From an uncultured Oscillospiraceae bacterium (GTDB taxonomy: Bacteria; Bacillota; Clostridia; Oscillospirales; Ruminococcaceae): a stretch of DNA of 64,000 nt. The position numbers and the translations under genes were made by a program. Below the pieces are notes generated by a model. It had not been told where the DNA came from. It saw only the letters and a list, made by a program, of their open reading frames with translations, and searched no databases. Positions 63,241-64,000 of this stretch are shown here, piece after piece. The first letter of the stretch is position 1. Every line of letters starts with the position of its first letter. The stretch spans positions 25,695 to 89,694 of the forward strand of contig CAYJNQ010000004.1 in assembly GCA_964371725.1 (NCBI GenBank). Reading direction: 5' to 3'.

Positions 63241-63252
63241 GGATTCTTTCCT

Positions 63253-63864
63253 TTACATTTCATTCAAGACAAACGAACGATTTTGCCATAGATATTGCAC
63301 ACCCGACAGCACCGTAACCAGTGCCACAACCCAGCACAGTACCTGGGTGCTTACGCCCACAAATGTGCCCGGCACATCCCCTGCCGAAACCCCCGTAAAC
63401 CCTGCCGCAAAATAAAACCACAAAACAGACAGCATTTGCAAAACCGTCTTCACTTTCCCAAACAGATTGGCAGCAATCACTTTCCCACTTTTAGATCCGG
63501 CCGCAACCATTCTCACACCGGAAACCGCAAACTCACGCATCAGAATCAACACGATAACCAAGGGGTGGCACACACCATCTACCAGCATATAGAGAAAGGC
63601 TGTTGTCGTCAGCAATTTATCGGCCAAAGGGTCTGCAAATTTCCCAAAATCGGTGACCAAATTGTATTTTCTTGCAAGGTATCCATCCAAAAAATCCGTG
63701 AAACTTGCCATTGCAAAAACAATGCCCGCAAGTAAATAATGATAGGGTATTTCAGGCATTGATGCAAAGACAATAAACACAGGAATAAGCAGTATTCTTA
63801 ATAAAGTTAGTTTGTTGGGCAAATTCATTGTTATTTCTCCGTTTTTTATATGTGTGAAGCTCAT
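63253..63864 (-). CDS. pgsA: CDP-diacylglycerol--glycerol-3-phosphate 3-phosphatidyltransferase
   Basis: CDP-alcohol phosphotransferase motif DFLDGYLARKYNLVTDFGKFADPLADK. The start is ATG 63864 (ATGA overlap with the upstream stop) or ATG 63828 (MNLPNKLT). Confidence 0.9.
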   Translation of the reverse strand: MSFTHIKNGEITMNLPNKLTLLRILLIPVFIVFASMPEIPYHYLLAGIVFAMASFTDFLDGYLARKYNLVTDFGKFADPLADKLLTTTAFLYMLVDGVCHPLVIVLILMREFAVSGVRMVAAGSKSGKVIAANLFGKVKTVLQMLSVLWFYFAAGFTGVSAGDVPGTFVGVSTQVLCWVVALVTVLSGVQYLWQNRSFVLNEM

Positions 63865-64000
63865 TGACTTGCATGTGCTTCTTCAACACAATCCGCATGA
63901 AGGTCAAATCCGTCTTCACGGTGAACTTTCACCTTGTAAAACCGACCTTGTTGCATGGGCATATCTGTGTGCACATACACAAGAGTATCGATTTCATAAC
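63861..64000 (-). CDS. 3' end of a gene cut by the window edge; RimO/MiaB-type methylthiotransferase C-terminus (TRAM-like) is a guess
   Basis: My own translation is ...YEIDTLVYVHTDMPMQQGRFYKVKVHREDGFDLHADCVEEAHASQ*. The guess rests on rimO-pgsA synteny being common in Firmicutes. Confidence 0.35.
   Translation of the reverse strand, partial: YEIDTLVYVHTDMPMQQGRFYKVKVHREDGFDLHADCVEEAHASQ

Noticed and set aside
1-64000. Search for mobile elements, prophage or defence genes, CRISPR arrays, and tRNA/rRNA genes.
   Set aside because: I found no transposase, integrase or recombinase-like ORF and no long inverted or direct terminal repeats. There was no repeat-spacer array and no cloverleaf-like or rRNA-like segment in any intergenic region.

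Overview
This is a gene-dense 64-kb chromosomal window of Firmicutes/Clostridia type. That assignment is an inference from the anaerobic cbi pathway, GatCAB, strong GGAGG-type Shine-Dalgarno (SD) sites and many ATGA/GTGA overlapping stop-start junctions. I saw no rRNA, tRNA, CRISPR array, transposase or integrase.

The dominant feature is a 22.7-kb minus-strand cobalamin supraoperon of 26 genes (4924..27649). Its order is cbiM-N-Q, a cbiO::cbiK in-frame fusion, cbiD-L-F-G-H-J-ET-A, cobT-U-S, a truncated cobU-like gene, cobC, cbiB, cobD, cbiP, cobO, cbiC, sirC, hemC, cobA/hemD and hemB. It is preceded by a promoter, a cobalamin riboswitch and a 13-bp terminator hairpin.

Other content, in window order:
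- a TetR fragment, a DapB-like oxidoreductase and a 701-aa polytopic membrane protein
- a RibD_C-like reductase
- a methyl-accepting chemotaxis protein whose extracytoplasmic sensor carries a CZB-like zinc motif
- a DUF815 ATPase
- a seven-gene Mrp/Mbh-type membrane module (E-F-G-DUF4040-B-C-D) with no MrpA and no catalytic partner
- a GlpA-like/FAD-NAD oxidoreductase/DUF1667 trio
- a GntR regulator next to a six-gene flavin/Fe-S dehydrogenase cluster (HcnABC / sarcosine-oxidase / PDH1 theme) that ends in a stand-alone AcsE/MeTr-type pterin-binding protein
- gatCAB
- a lipoprotein plus an SH3-GH73 cell-wall hydrolase
- a Vat-type streptogramin acetyltransferase with a candidate uORF/hairpin leader
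- an MFS + ABC + TetR efflux cluster
- an ArnE/F-like flippase pair with a GT-C glycosyltransferase
- a thioredoxin/CcdA pair
- a partial rimO-like gene, then pgsA, a membrane protein and cysS

The candidates I rank highest for follow-up are the pterin-linked dehydrogenase cluster, the CbiO::CbiK fusion, the MrpA-less Mrp module and the vat leader. All functional calls come from reading motifs by eye. No database search was run.
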